Assembly (NCBI GenBank): GCA_965263355.1
Contig: CBDHHL010000032.1
Span: 1,376,001-1,440,000 of the forward strand
Length of the DNA: 64,000 nt
Direction: 5' to 3'
Source: Leptolyngbyaceae cyanobacterium
GTDB taxonomy: Bacteria; Cyanobacteriota; Cyanobacteriia; Phormidesmidales; Phormidesmidaceae
Notes under the pieces: model-generated
Told to the model about the DNA's origin: nothing
Databases searched by the model: none
Seen by the model: the letters and a program-made list of their open reading frames with translations, nothing else
Part shown: piece after piece, positions 32,485-41,679 of the stretch
How the letters are laid out: each line of letters starts with the position of its first letter
Position numbering within the stretch: position 1 is the stretch's first letter
Position numbers and translations under genes: made by a program

Positions 32485-33161
32485 TGAATTCAGAAACACT
32501 CGTATTAACGGACAACTACTACTCTCAGCTAAGAGAAGAAGGAACCAATATTTACGATATTTGGGAGGAGGGAAAAGCCTATGGGGACTCCATAACTCCT
32601 AGCACCTACAGCCCTGAGTATCGGCAATTTATTACCAATAAAATAGAAACTCTGGTGGCTCAGGATCATACTAAGCGTATTTTAAGTATCGGTAGCGGCA
32701 ACGCATTTGTCGAGCACGATCTACATCAGCGTGGGTATACGATTTTAGCTAGCGATCCCAATCCAGATGCCATGAAGCTGGCGCAAAAAAAAGGCGTCCC
32801 CTTTGTATTGGCCGATGTTAATCAGTGGGAGCCCCAAGAGAAAGACTTTGATCTCATTTACTGTGACGGGGTGATGGGGCATTTGTATCAGCCAGAATCC
32901 GGATTTCGAACATTGTTTCGTCGTTTATTAGGATGGTTGCGGCCTAACGGTGGCAACATTTTGATTTCTAATGATGCGGCTGTTATTGATGTGCCGGTCC
33001 ATCTCCATCCCAGGGTTAAGGATTTTTACTGGTTTTCGCCAGCATTTTTGTGTTCTGAACTCTCGGAGGTAGGTTTTCAGAACGTTCAGTCAGAAATGTT
33101 TGTTTATGCTCGCCCACTTACCGGAGATAAGGAACGGCTGATTGTTCAGGCTCAGGCATAG
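32481..33161 (+). CDS. Class I SAM-dependent methyltransferase
   Basis: 'ILSIGSGNA', 'FDLIYCDG', 'LRPNGG'; overlaps upstream stop. Confidence 0.88.
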   Translation: MMNSETLVLTDNYYSQLREEGTNIYDIWEEGKAYGDSITPSTYSPEYRQFITNKIETLVAQDHTKRILSIGSGNAFVEHDLHQRGYTILASDPNPDAMKLAQKKGVPFVLADVNQWEPQEKDFDLIYCDGVMGHLYQPESGFRTLFRRLLGWLRPNGGNILISNDAAVIDVPVHLHPRVKDFYWFSPAFLCSELSEVGFQNVQSEMFVYARPLTGDKERLIVQAQA

Positions 33162-33215
33162 TTAAACCACGTCCAAAACGACCGCTTTGGACGTGGATAA
33201 GGTTGAAAGGGGATT

Positions 33216-34004
33216 TTGATGGATTTAGGACTCACGGATAAAGTTGCCTTAGTCACGGCGTCTAGCAAAGGAATCGGTCGAGCCATCGCCACTGGCCTAG
33301 CCGCAGAAGGCTGTCAGGTGATTATCTGTAGTCGCAATCGCGACAACCTCCTTAAAGCCGCCGATCAAATAGAATCCCAAACTGGGCGAGGGGTAACACC
33401 CATTCAGGTTGACCTATGCCAAAAAGACAGTATCAACCAGTTACTGACAACCGTTGCTGAGCAATTTTCTAAGGTTGACATTTTAGTTGACAATGTGAGT
33501 GGGATGCCCTACAAGCCCCACTATGAGCTTGACCGTGCAGACTGGCAGACATCCTTTGATCTAACGTTTATGAGTCAGGTGCAGCTGGCCGAAGCCCTAC
33601 TCCAGGGGATGAAATCACAGACCTGGGGCAGGATTATTTTTGTCACATCGGTGGCGGCTAAACAGCCTGGCATGTTGATTGCCCATTCTCAACGGGCCAG
33701 TGTGGTTGCCTATGCAAAAACCCTGGCAAATGAGTTGGCATGCCATAACATTTTGGTCAATAGTGTGTGTCCATCGTTTGCGGTGACGGATAAATACTAC
33801 GAAGTGGCGGATGAGGTGGCCCGGAGACAAAATAGCTCTCGGGAGGCGGTGACTCAACAGTGGATGAAAAGTGTTCCGATGGGGCGTCCGGCATTGCCAG
33901 AAGAGGTGGCCAATATGGCGGTGTTTCTGGCCTCAGAAAAAGCCAGCTATGTCACAGGTACCTGTATTCAAGTGGATGGAGGATTTGTTAAAAGCTTATT
34001 CTAA
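33216..34004 (+). CDS. SDR family oxidoreductase
   Basis: TASSKGIG, 'VNSVCP', 'YVTG..IQVDGG'; no canonical YxxxK (has AHSQR). Confidence 0.9.
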   Translation: MMDLGLTDKVALVTASSKGIGRAIATGLAAEGCQVIICSRNRDNLLKAADQIESQTGRGVTPIQVDLCQKDSINQLLTTVAEQFSKVDILVDNVSGMPYKPHYELDRADWQTSFDLTFMSQVQLAEALLQGMKSQTWGRIIFVTSVAAKQPGMLIAHSQRASVVAYAKTLANELACHNILVNSVCPSFAVTDKYYEVADEVARRQNSSREAVTQQWMKSVPMGRPALPEEVANMAVFLASEKASYVTGTCIQVDGGFVKSLF

Positions 34005-34027
34005 ATCTAGAAGCTTTCAGCCAACCG

Positions 34028-34084
34028 TGTCCTTTTAGGGGACAGCCTTCAATTAGCGTTGGGTTCGAAACCTAACGTGGGTTT
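34028..34084 (+). repeat. Two-hairpin dispersed REP-like repeat, copy 2
   Basis: Homologous to 20127-20183. Confidence 0.8.
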
Positions 34085-34115
34085 GAGCCGCATAATCACT
34101 CTTAGTAAGAGAACC

Positions 34116-34706
34116 GTGGAAAAAGCAAAACCACTAAAATTAAAGATCCCCATCCTTCTAGGCAGCTGCAGAAATGGCCGACAAAGCATAAAGGTGGCTC
34201 AATTTATTGTAGGAGAACTTAAAAAAAATGAGCACATCCAAACAGAACTGCTGGATCTGGATAAATATAATCTACTGATGCTGGAGGAGCGGATAAAGGA
34301 TATGCAGAATCCACCTTCTAACTTACTAGATTTTTGCGCCAGACTAGGTGATGCAGACGGCATTTTAATTGTTACCCCTGAATATAAGAATGGTTATCCA
34401 GGGGTATTAAAAAATGCTCTCGATTATCTTGAGCCCCAGGCGTTGAGGCGTAAACCGATTGGTATTTGTACTGTATCTGCCGGTGGGTTTGGCGGGCTAA
34501 ACTGTCTGGCTCAGCTGCGGTTGGTCTGTCTGGCATTAGGAGGTGTGCCGATTCCAGCACAGTTACCTATTTCTCGTGTGCAAGAGGTGTTTGGTGAGAA
34601 AGGTGAGTTATATGATCTTACTTTTCTTACCAAGCTTAATACCTTTATCCAGGAGTTAGCGTGGTATATAGAAGCAATGGTTAAACAAAAGCAAAGCTCT
34701 AGTTGA
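34116..34706 (+). CDS. NAD(P)H-dependent FMN reductase
   Basis: 'GSCRNGRQS', 'VTPEYKNGYPGVLKNALD', 'SAGGFGG'; GTG 34116 preferred because 34059 lies in the repeat. Confidence 0.9.
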   Translation: MEKAKPLKLKIPILLGSCRNGRQSIKVAQFIVGELKKNEHIQTELLDLDKYNLLMLEERIKDMQNPPSNLLDFCARLGDADGILIVTPEYKNGYPGVLKNALDYLEPQALRRKPIGICTVSAGGFGGLNCLAQLRLVCLALGGVPIPAQLPISRVQEVFGEKGELYDLTFLTKLNTFIQELAWYIEAMVKQKQSSS

Positions 34707-35048
34707 AGTTATCAAAAAACAGATCAAAGGCAGCCTCACCTGTTAAGAGAAGCTGGTTGTAATACAAATCACATCAGTGGTTGCCTTTCAAGCACATCAA
34801 AAATAACCTTAATTGAAGAGATTAGGGTATTTATTAACTAAAAAGCCTACAATATAGGGATTTTAAGTAATAAACATCTGCTTATCGATAGTTTCTGCGA
34901 ATGAATTTTGATGTGTATGGCAATTTATTAATGTGTTACATACAAACAACTTGATTCATGCTACCTTGCTTGCAACTGTGACGGACTGTCATAGTTGAGC
35001 CTCTGAGGGCATAAGTCTTAAATACTGGACTGGAGGAAAAACAACATT

Positions 35049-37142
35049 ATGTATTGCTCATTTTTATTCTTACGCAAGTTACTGACTGTAGCTTGCCTGG
35101 CGCTACTGGTGACTGTCGGGACGTTTATTGGGAAAGCCGAAGCCGCAACAACTTCATTTCAAAATCCATATTTTATAGATGCTGACAAAAACCGCATCAC
35201 ATTTGATGCTAGAAGTGGTGAAGATACTATTAATGGTGACAATGTAAGCGATCTTTTTCTCTATGACGCCACTTCTGACGGTACACCTGCACAAGATTGT
35301 CCTCAGAAAAGCGGAACAACGTGTAAATATGGTGCACACTATAGCCCACCAACCATAAGGGTGAGCCCTGATAAATCTATCGATCTGACGCTTGTAAATA
35401 GCTTGCCAGTCATTTCCCCTCCCCTTGCTGATCAGATGCCACCAGTAGAGGCAAACTTAGAGTATGTTTCCCAAGACACCAATCTTCACTATCATGGCTT
35501 TAATGTATCGCCATTGTTAGGATCTGATGATGTGGTGATGCATGTGCACTCAAGAAATACACCCACTCCAGTAAAAGGCAACAACGGTGAAAATGAGCTG
35601 CTAATACCAACTGCTCCATTGCCAGTTGGCAATAACAATCCTGCTGGCGGAAATTATCCAGGCACAAATACTTTCAACCCTATTACAAACTACGGGATGA
35701 AAGTTAACCTACCAAAATATCATCAGTCTGGGTTGTTCTGGTATCATCCCCATGTCCACACCGTCAGCGATCCGCAAGTTAAGGGGGGAATGTCAGGGGG
35801 GATTATTGTTGAGGGTATAGAGGATGATGAGTATTATCCTGTTCTGAAAAATCTGACCACCTGCTTACCAATTCTTGTCCGAGGCGAGCCCGAGTGCATT
35901 GATGAGAACACTCCTTTGATCAAAACTGATGGCGAGAAAGTAATGCTGTTCAAGGATGCTAATCCTGCAGTTAAGGATAATAAAGACCCTTCAGTTAAGG
36001 ATAATAAAGACCCTTTTACTGTTAATGGTCAATACAACCCCGAAATCAAAATTGCTCCAGGGGAACTTCAGTTCTGGCGTATCGGTAATATTGGCGCAGA
36101 TAAATACCTGAATCTGACATTCATCGATCCTGCAAGCCCAGGGGGAAATAATCATGGTTCAAGCCTACCAACCTTCTACATTCTGGCTCGTGATGGTAGT
36201 ACGGTTACTAAACCCGTACCCGCAGAATCGATTTTGGTACCACCAGCTAGTCGGGTTGAAGTATTAGTCATTGGAGGAAATAGCGGGGATAATTATGAGC
36301 TTGTATCGTCAATAAAAAATGATCCAGTGCCCTATGGCGATAACATGGCCGATAAGCTTTACTATAACTTAGCATCTGTGGGGGTTACAGGTGATTCAGT
36401 AGATTACGATTACGAAAAGTCATTTGGTAATTCATGTACGAGCTTGAAAGATTGCATCCTTTCCATGTCGTCGTCGGGCGATGAAATTCTGCCAGATGCC
36501 AGTCAGCTGGCCAAGCTACCCTATTGCTCTAGCACATCTGACTATACATGTATGGTTAAAGAGAATCCAGAAAATCCTGAGGATAAATTTGAATTCGACT
36601 TTGGCTTCACACGAATTAAAGCAGATAGCAAACCCTACACAGTATTTACCATGAACAATGAGGTATATGAGGAAAATCGTATCGATAAAACCGTTAGCTT
36701 GGGTACTAATCAAGAATGGAAGCTAGTCAATACTAAAGCGGGGGCTCATGCTTTTCACATGCACCAACTCGATTTCACTATGACTGAAGTGACGGTACCT
36801 CAAAGTGCAGTGCATGTTGATAAGGAAGGTTCCTATTACTATGACAACTATAAGGCTGATTGCACATTAATTAATAACGGTGCTGACTACAACTGTAAAC
36901 TCAGTGACTATGGATATCGGGATACAATTAACTTACCTCCAAACAGCACAACTATTATTCGGACTCCCTTCTTGAACCCATTTATTACAGGTATATTTGT
37001 CTTCCACTGTCATATTCTGCGTCATGAAGATAGGGGAATGATGAAGAATATTAAGGTAGTCGATTCAGATAGTTATCTATCCTCATTCGAAGAGGAGATT
37101 AAGCTCTTCAAAGAGAGCTTAGGGCCTGGACCTGCTTTATGA
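35049..37142 (+). CDS. Secreted multicopper oxidase
   Basis: GGAGG RBS, signal peptide, copper motifs NLHYHG, WYHPH, HAFHMH, HCHILRHEDRGMM; 24-bp duplication at 35968-36015. Confidence 0.93.
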   Translation: MYCSFLFLRKLLTVACLALLVTVGTFIGKAEAATTSFQNPYFIDADKNRITFDARSGEDTINGDNVSDLFLYDATSDGTPAQDCPQKSGTTCKYGAHYSPPTIRVSPDKSIDLTLVNSLPVISPPLADQMPPVEANLEYVSQDTNLHYHGFNVSPLLGSDDVVMHVHSRNTPTPVKGNNGENELLIPTAPLPVGNNNPAGGNYPGTNTFNPITNYGMKVNLPKYHQSGLFWYHPHVHTVSDPQVKGGMSGGIIVEGIEDDEYYPVLKNLTTCLPILVRGEPECIDENTPLIKTDGEKVMLFKDANPAVKDNKDPSVKDNKDPFTVNGQYNPEIKIAPGELQFWRIGNIGADKYLNLTFIDPASPGGNNHGSSLPTFYILARDGSTVTKPVPAESILVPPASRVEVLVIGGNSGDNYELVSSIKNDPVPYGDNMADKLYYNLASVGVTGDSVDYDYEKSFGNSCTSLKDCILSMSSSGDEILPDASQLAKLPYCSSTSDYTCMVKENPENPEDKFEFDFGFTRIKADSKPYTVFTMNNEVYEENRIDKTVSLGTNQEWKLVNTKAGAHAFHMHQLDFTMTEVTVPQSAVHVDKEGSYYYDNYKADCTLINNGADYNCKLSDYGYRDTINLPPNSTTIIRTPFLNPFITGIFVFHCHILRHEDRGMMKNIKVVDSDSYLSSFEEEIKLFKESLGPGPAL

Positions 37143-37261
37143 GCTAGATTAATTGTTGAGTAATAACTCCTGGAGATACATATAGCTTACTCGAAGCTCC
37201 CCATGAGTTTCAAGGCATAATCAATCTCTCCAGACAACTAAACTAGTAGTACAATTCCATT

Positions 37262-37297
37262 AAAGGGAAGTTTCTCTCTTCGGTGAGCTTCCCTTTT
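37262..37297 (+). terminator. Rho-independent terminator after the multicopper oxidase
   Basis: AAAGGGAAGTT..AGCTTCCCTTTT. Confidence 0.55.
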
Positions 37298-37375
37298 AGT
37301 CTAGATTACTCAATGATGGTAGCCTCAAAATCTTATTTTCCTGATTGCACCATGGCAAAAGGATTCTGACAATAG

Positions 37376-38341
37376 ATGAGAGATGTAATATGTAAAGATG
37401 ATCTGCACATTCAAGCAGGGAATCGATTTAAAGCTCAAGGCAAAGTAAAGGAAGCATTGGTAGCTTATCAAAAGAGTATTGACTTAGCATCTCAAGCCAA
37501 GCGCTTAACTGCTCCATATCTTACCCAAGTTATTAAGCGAGCTGCGTCCATTGCCCCCATCAAGCAAACTCCCTACAAGAAAATAATCTACTATGCAGGC
37601 ATAGGGGGACTTTGTAATCGTTTGCGTGCTCTCTGTAGCTATCTATATTTAAGTCAGTTGTTAGATATACCCCTGAGTATGTGCTGGTATCCAGAAGAAG
37701 CTTGTGATTGTTATTTTGAGGAGTTATTTGAAAATGTTTGCGAAATGATATCGCCGCAATCTATCTTGCCGATGTTTATTAGAGAAGATTCTGCAAATAT
37801 CTTGTATGTTAGTGTGTGGGGATGGGATGATATTTATAAAACCTATTTTCAAGACTATGTAGATTATGGCACCTATTGGAACTCCTATGTAAGTTTTGTG
37901 CAAAAAATGCCTATTAAGCAGCATATTTTACAAAGAGTCGAAACCTTTGTGGAAAAATATTGGCATAAAGATATTGTTGGTTTACATCTTAGACGAACAG
38001 ATTTGTTAAAGCATCTTAAATCTAGAGGCTTAGATTCAAAATACTCTTCAGATGAAAAATTCTTAGATGCAATCGATCGAACAATCATCGGCGGTTGTGA
38101 ACACTTTTTTTTGGCAACAGATAATGAACCGACTAAAGCGTTGATTCATCATCGTTTTCCAGGAAAAATAATTAGCTATTGCCAGGATTTTGATGATTCC
38201 ACAAAACGTCATACGTCTGTTGAGGATGCTTTGATAGATCTATATTTGCTCTCCAAATGCACAAGGGTTATAGGTTCTTATCAATCTAGTTTTAGTCACT
38301 ATGCCACTATTCTAGGAAATATTCCTTTAGTCTACCCTTAG
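37376..38341 (+). CDS. NodZ/GT23-like fucosyltransferase-fold protein with N-terminal TPR
   Basis: 'GGLCNRL', 'GLHLRRTD', 'FLATD', 'DLYLLSKC..IGSYQSSFS'. Confidence 0.75.
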   Translation: MRDVICKDDLHIQAGNRFKAQGKVKEALVAYQKSIDLASQAKRLTAPYLTQVIKRAASIAPIKQTPYKKIIYYAGIGGLCNRLRALCSYLYLSQLLDIPLSMCWYPEEACDCYFEELFENVCEMISPQSILPMFIREDSANILYVSVWGWDDIYKTYFQDYVDYGTYWNSYVSFVQKMPIKQHILQRVETFVEKYWHKDIVGLHLRRTDLLKHLKSRGLDSKYSSDEKFLDAIDRTIIGGCEHFFLATDNEPTKALIHHRFPGKIISYCQDFDDSTKRHTSVEDALIDLYLLSKCTRVIGSYQSSFSHYATILGNIPLVYP

Positions 38342-38404
38342 AGTATTCGAATGATTAGATATTTTCTAGTTGAGTGATCGCTTGACGTACAAGGAAACTA
38401 AACA

Positions 38405-38935
38405 ATGCCTATTCAGTTTGAACTAGCCAAGTATGTTAATCCTGTATTTGTTGAAACAGGTACTTATAAAGGAGGTGGAATTGCTGCTGCTCTAGCTGCA
38501 GGTTTTTCCAAGGTATATAGTATTGAAGTGTCTGAAGAATTCTATAACAATGCTGTCCAAAGATTTAAGCCTGAAATTGAACAAGGCATTGTGGAGATAA
38601 TCTTAGGTGATTCATTATCCTGTTTACCAGAGGTGATTAATAAAATAGATAAAAAGATTACGTTTTGGTTAGATGCTCATACCACTCTGGGATATGAAGG
38701 AGAAAAATCCTGTCCTTTGTATGAGGAGCTTGAAGCAATTTCTCATCACCCCATCAAAGATCACACCATATTAATTGATGATCTACGTTTACTTTCTCAA
38801 GAAGGGTGGGGAATATCTATTAATCAACTCAAAGTGATAGAAATAATTCAAAAAATCAATAGTAATTATTCAATTAATCACGATAACGGAAAGATAGAAA
38901 ATGATGTTTTAGTTGCTTTGATCACCCATAGCTAA
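38405..38935 (+). CDS. Methyltransferase-fold hypothetical protein
   Basis: 'FVETGTYKG', 'YSIE', 'GDS', 'FWLDAH', 'ILIDD.R'. Confidence 0.7.
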   Translation: MPIQFELAKYVNPVFVETGTYKGGGIAAALAAGFSKVYSIEVSEEFYNNAVQRFKPEIEQGIVEIILGDSLSCLPEVINKIDKKITFWLDAHTTLGYEGEKSCPLYEELEAISHHPIKDHTILIDDLRLLSQEGWGISINQLKVIEIIQKINSNYSINHDNGKIENDVLVALITHS

Positions 38936-39711
38936 TGATGGAAGGCTTACCTATTAATAGACACAAAATTATTTTTTTGACAGCCATGAATACACCAGGA
39001 AAGTTTGCTATTTTCACTGTGCATAAAGCTGCTTCAATGTTTTTGCATAGAATTTCTAAGCAAGCTTGTGCAATGGCTCAAATTCCCTATTGCTCACCTA
39101 ATAACAAGGAGCCAAGTGGCAATTTACTATACATCCGCCGAGCTGATGAGAATTTTTCACAAAGCACGCTTGATAGATTTAATTCCATCCATGCGGGTTG
39201 TATTGGTCCAATGCGCCGTCCTTTAGATATTGATTTAGATACGTGTTTTGTTAACTTACATCTACGGGATCCCAGGGATGGTTTGAACTCAATGTTCTTT
39301 TCTTGGACAAAGATTCACCCTGGGTTTGATCCAGTTAAACGGCAAGAGTGGACCGCTTGGGGGATCGACAGATTTGTCATTGAGTTTAGTGATGATTACC
39401 TTGATAGATATGAAAAATATCTAGACTATTATCTTGGGCATCCCAATGTCACATTACTTAAGTATGAGGATATGGTCTATAAATTTAATAGTTGGTTAGA
39501 CTTATTTCTTAAACCTTTTCGGCTTTCGCCAAAGCATGTTAACTGTTTACATCAACAATTTTTTCATGAAGTAGAGCCTCAGAATGCAGATCCTGATGGC
39601 CATAGACGTAAAATTCTTCCTGGAGACTTCAGAAATAACCTGAAGCCTGGAACAATAGAATTGTTGAATCAAAAATTCAAACATGTTCTTCATGCTCTAA
39701 ATTATATGTAA
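38935..39711 (+). CDS. Sulfotransferase domain protein
   Basis: 'HKAASMF', 'LRDPRD.L.S..FS', 'LKYEDM', 'H.RK..PGD'. Confidence 0.8.
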   Translation: MMEGLPINRHKIIFLTAMNTPGKFAIFTVHKAASMFLHRISKQACAMAQIPYCSPNNKEPSGNLLYIRRADENFSQSTLDRFNSIHAGCIGPMRRPLDIDLDTCFVNLHLRDPRDGLNSMFFSWTKIHPGFDPVKRQEWTAWGIDRFVIEFSDDYLDRYEKYLDYYLGHPNVTLLKYEDMVYKFNSWLDLFLKPFRLSPKHVNCLHQQFFHEVEPQNADPDGHRRKILPGDFRNNLKPGTIELLNQKFKHVLHALNYM

Positions 39712-39843
39712 TACAGACTAATTTATAAAAAGCAGATATTTATTAATCTGGAACTATCTAAAAGGTGAATTCCGATTGCATAATTATGTTAAGCGTATCG
39801 GGAATTAATAGGATTTTATTTCTCAGACAGTTAATTTATTTCT

Positions 39844-40899
39844 ATGATTTCAAATTTTCGAGTATTTCTTCACAAATTAGTCAATGATTTAACTCCTTTT
39901 CTTCAGCTGCTTCAATGGAGAATCGAATCAGTCTTTTATAAAAAGACAATTTCATCTATTACCTATGCTAATGACGTTAAAACAGATGGTGCTGGAGCAC
40001 AACTGCAAAGAATATACGGTATCTACGCAATATCAAGGTTATTGTCCATACCATATGTTCATAGCCCACTTATAAAAATAGACTATCAGGGATTAAATGC
40101 TTTAGAACAAAATAGTGGGTCAGATGAAATCTTATTAAGATGGAATAAAGAACATACTTTACCTTCTGATGCTGATTATTCTCCAGCAGAAACACTCAAA
40201 AGGACTGTTGTGTCCCCTAACCTTAAAGAATTGATTAGCCTTCGACGGGAAGCTTACAGTCGTCGACAGAGTATACAATTACGAATTGCTATTCCTTACA
40301 AGGTGACAGATATTCTGCCCAACTCATATAAGGTAATACGTAACCTCAATTACCTAAAGCAAGAAATTCATAATCGCTCAGAGTTAAGAATAGCAATTCA
40401 TGTCAGAAGAGGAGAGTTATTTGTTGTTGACTCACACCGAATGCTGCCCAATCAGTATTATCTTACTGTGGCTGAGCAAATCGCCAGGACATTTGATAAG
40501 TTTAGACTTAAGTATTCTTTTGAGCTATTTACAGAGGTTCCCAAGAGAAGATTCACTGTCACTCCATCACATCACGGCATTATTGGTAGGATTTCAGATC
40601 CCATATTAGTTAACCCCGAAGATTGCCAAATTAATGATTTTAAGGTTCTCCCAAACCTAAAAAAATATATAAATACAGATCCTGTTGAGGCAGTTAAGTT
40701 AATGTCTTCTGCAGATATATTGGTTTTAAGCCGCTCGTCTTTTAGCTATCTTGCGGCTATCATAAATTCCTCTGGGGTAATCATATACAATCCATTTTGG
40801 CATGCAGCACTTTCTGACTGGATAGTTGTAAATGATGCTGGGACTCTATCGGAATCAAAGCTTAAACGTCAACTCAAAATCAAACAAGTTATTCATTAA
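39844..40899 (+). CDS. GT11/GT23-like glycosyltransferase-fold protein
   Basis: 'DGAGAQLQ', 'IAIHVRRG', 'ADILVLSRSSFSYLAA'. Confidence 0.65.
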   Translation: MISNFRVFLHKLVNDLTPFLQLLQWRIESVFYKKTISSITYANDVKTDGAGAQLQRIYGIYAISRLLSIPYVHSPLIKIDYQGLNALEQNSGSDEILLRWNKEHTLPSDADYSPAETLKRTVVSPNLKELISLRREAYSRRQSIQLRIAIPYKVTDILPNSYKVIRNLNYLKQEIHNRSELRIAIHVRRGELFVVDSHRMLPNQYYLTVAEQIARTFDKFRLKYSFELFTEVPKRRFTVTPSHHGIIGRISDPILVNPEDCQINDFKVLPNLKKYINTDPVEAVKLMSSADILVLSRSSFSYLAAIINSSGVIIYNPFWHAALSDWIVVNDAGTLSESKLKRQLKIKQVIH

Positions 40900-40902
40900 T
40901 GA

Positions 40903-41643
40903 TTATTTCCCTGCCCAAGCATTATTCTTCTCATATCCTAGCTTAACTAAAGCATCGTCAAATAGCTCTAGAAATTTAACTCTATGAGTATACTTGAAGT
41001 ATTTCTTCCATTGCTCAGGTTTACCAGATCTAATATGTCTAGTTTCTATCCGTCTAGCATCCTTAAAACTAGTTGAAAAGAGGCTACTATCGTAGGCGAT
41101 CTTGAGGATGCTTGAGAGAATCTCATCAGGAAAACCTAGAAAAATAAATATTTCCTGAAACAGCGTCAGTTCTTTATCTAAAATGAGTTCTTCATACTTA
41201 ACTTCTATAAATGATGGGTTGGCATAATTCCAATTAAGCATTTCTTGAATATTATCTAGACCAGAGTTTTCCATTTCAAATATCAGTTGATCGTCTAATG
41301 AAGTATAGCTATTAATCTTTTCTTGATATGTTAGGCCTCCAAATTTCTCTTGCTTAGCATGTAACCATTTTTCTTGAGATTTTTGATGGTAGAAGCAGCC
41401 TGAAATGATTATATCTCTGGGATCTCTTATTAAGTGAAGACCTCGATATTTCAGATCTAGCCTATTAAAGTCGAATTGACTTTGAGCTTGAAAAAAAACA
41501 TCAAAATCTTTGAGCAATTTCTTCTGATCACCGGCAAAGAATCTCAATTGAAACTGTTGACAGATTCTTCCAAATATGGAAACCATCCAGCCTGTTCCTG
41601 TTTTGTGATGAGTGCCAACTAGAATTTTGTATTTAAGATTCAC
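40903..41643 (-). CDS. Sulfotransferase domain protein
   Basis: 'HHKTGT.W', 'IRDPRD...S...YH', 'KYEEL', 'HIRSG...QW'. Confidence 0.85.
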   Translation of the reverse strand: MNLKYKILVGTHHKTGTGWMVSIFGRICQQFQLRFFAGDQKKLLKDFDVFFQAQSQFDFNRLDLKYRGLHLIRDPRDIIISGCFYHQKSQEKWLHAKQEKFGGLTYQEKINSYTSLDDQLIFEMENSGLDNIQEMLNWNYANPSFIEVKYEELILDKELTLFQEIFIFLGFPDEILSSILKIAYDSSLFSTSFKDARRIETRHIRSGKPEQWKKYFKYTHRVKFLELFDDALVKLGYEKNNAWAGK

Positions 41644-41679
41644 TATATTTTAACTCCCGATGTCTCGCTCCTTCTCTGT

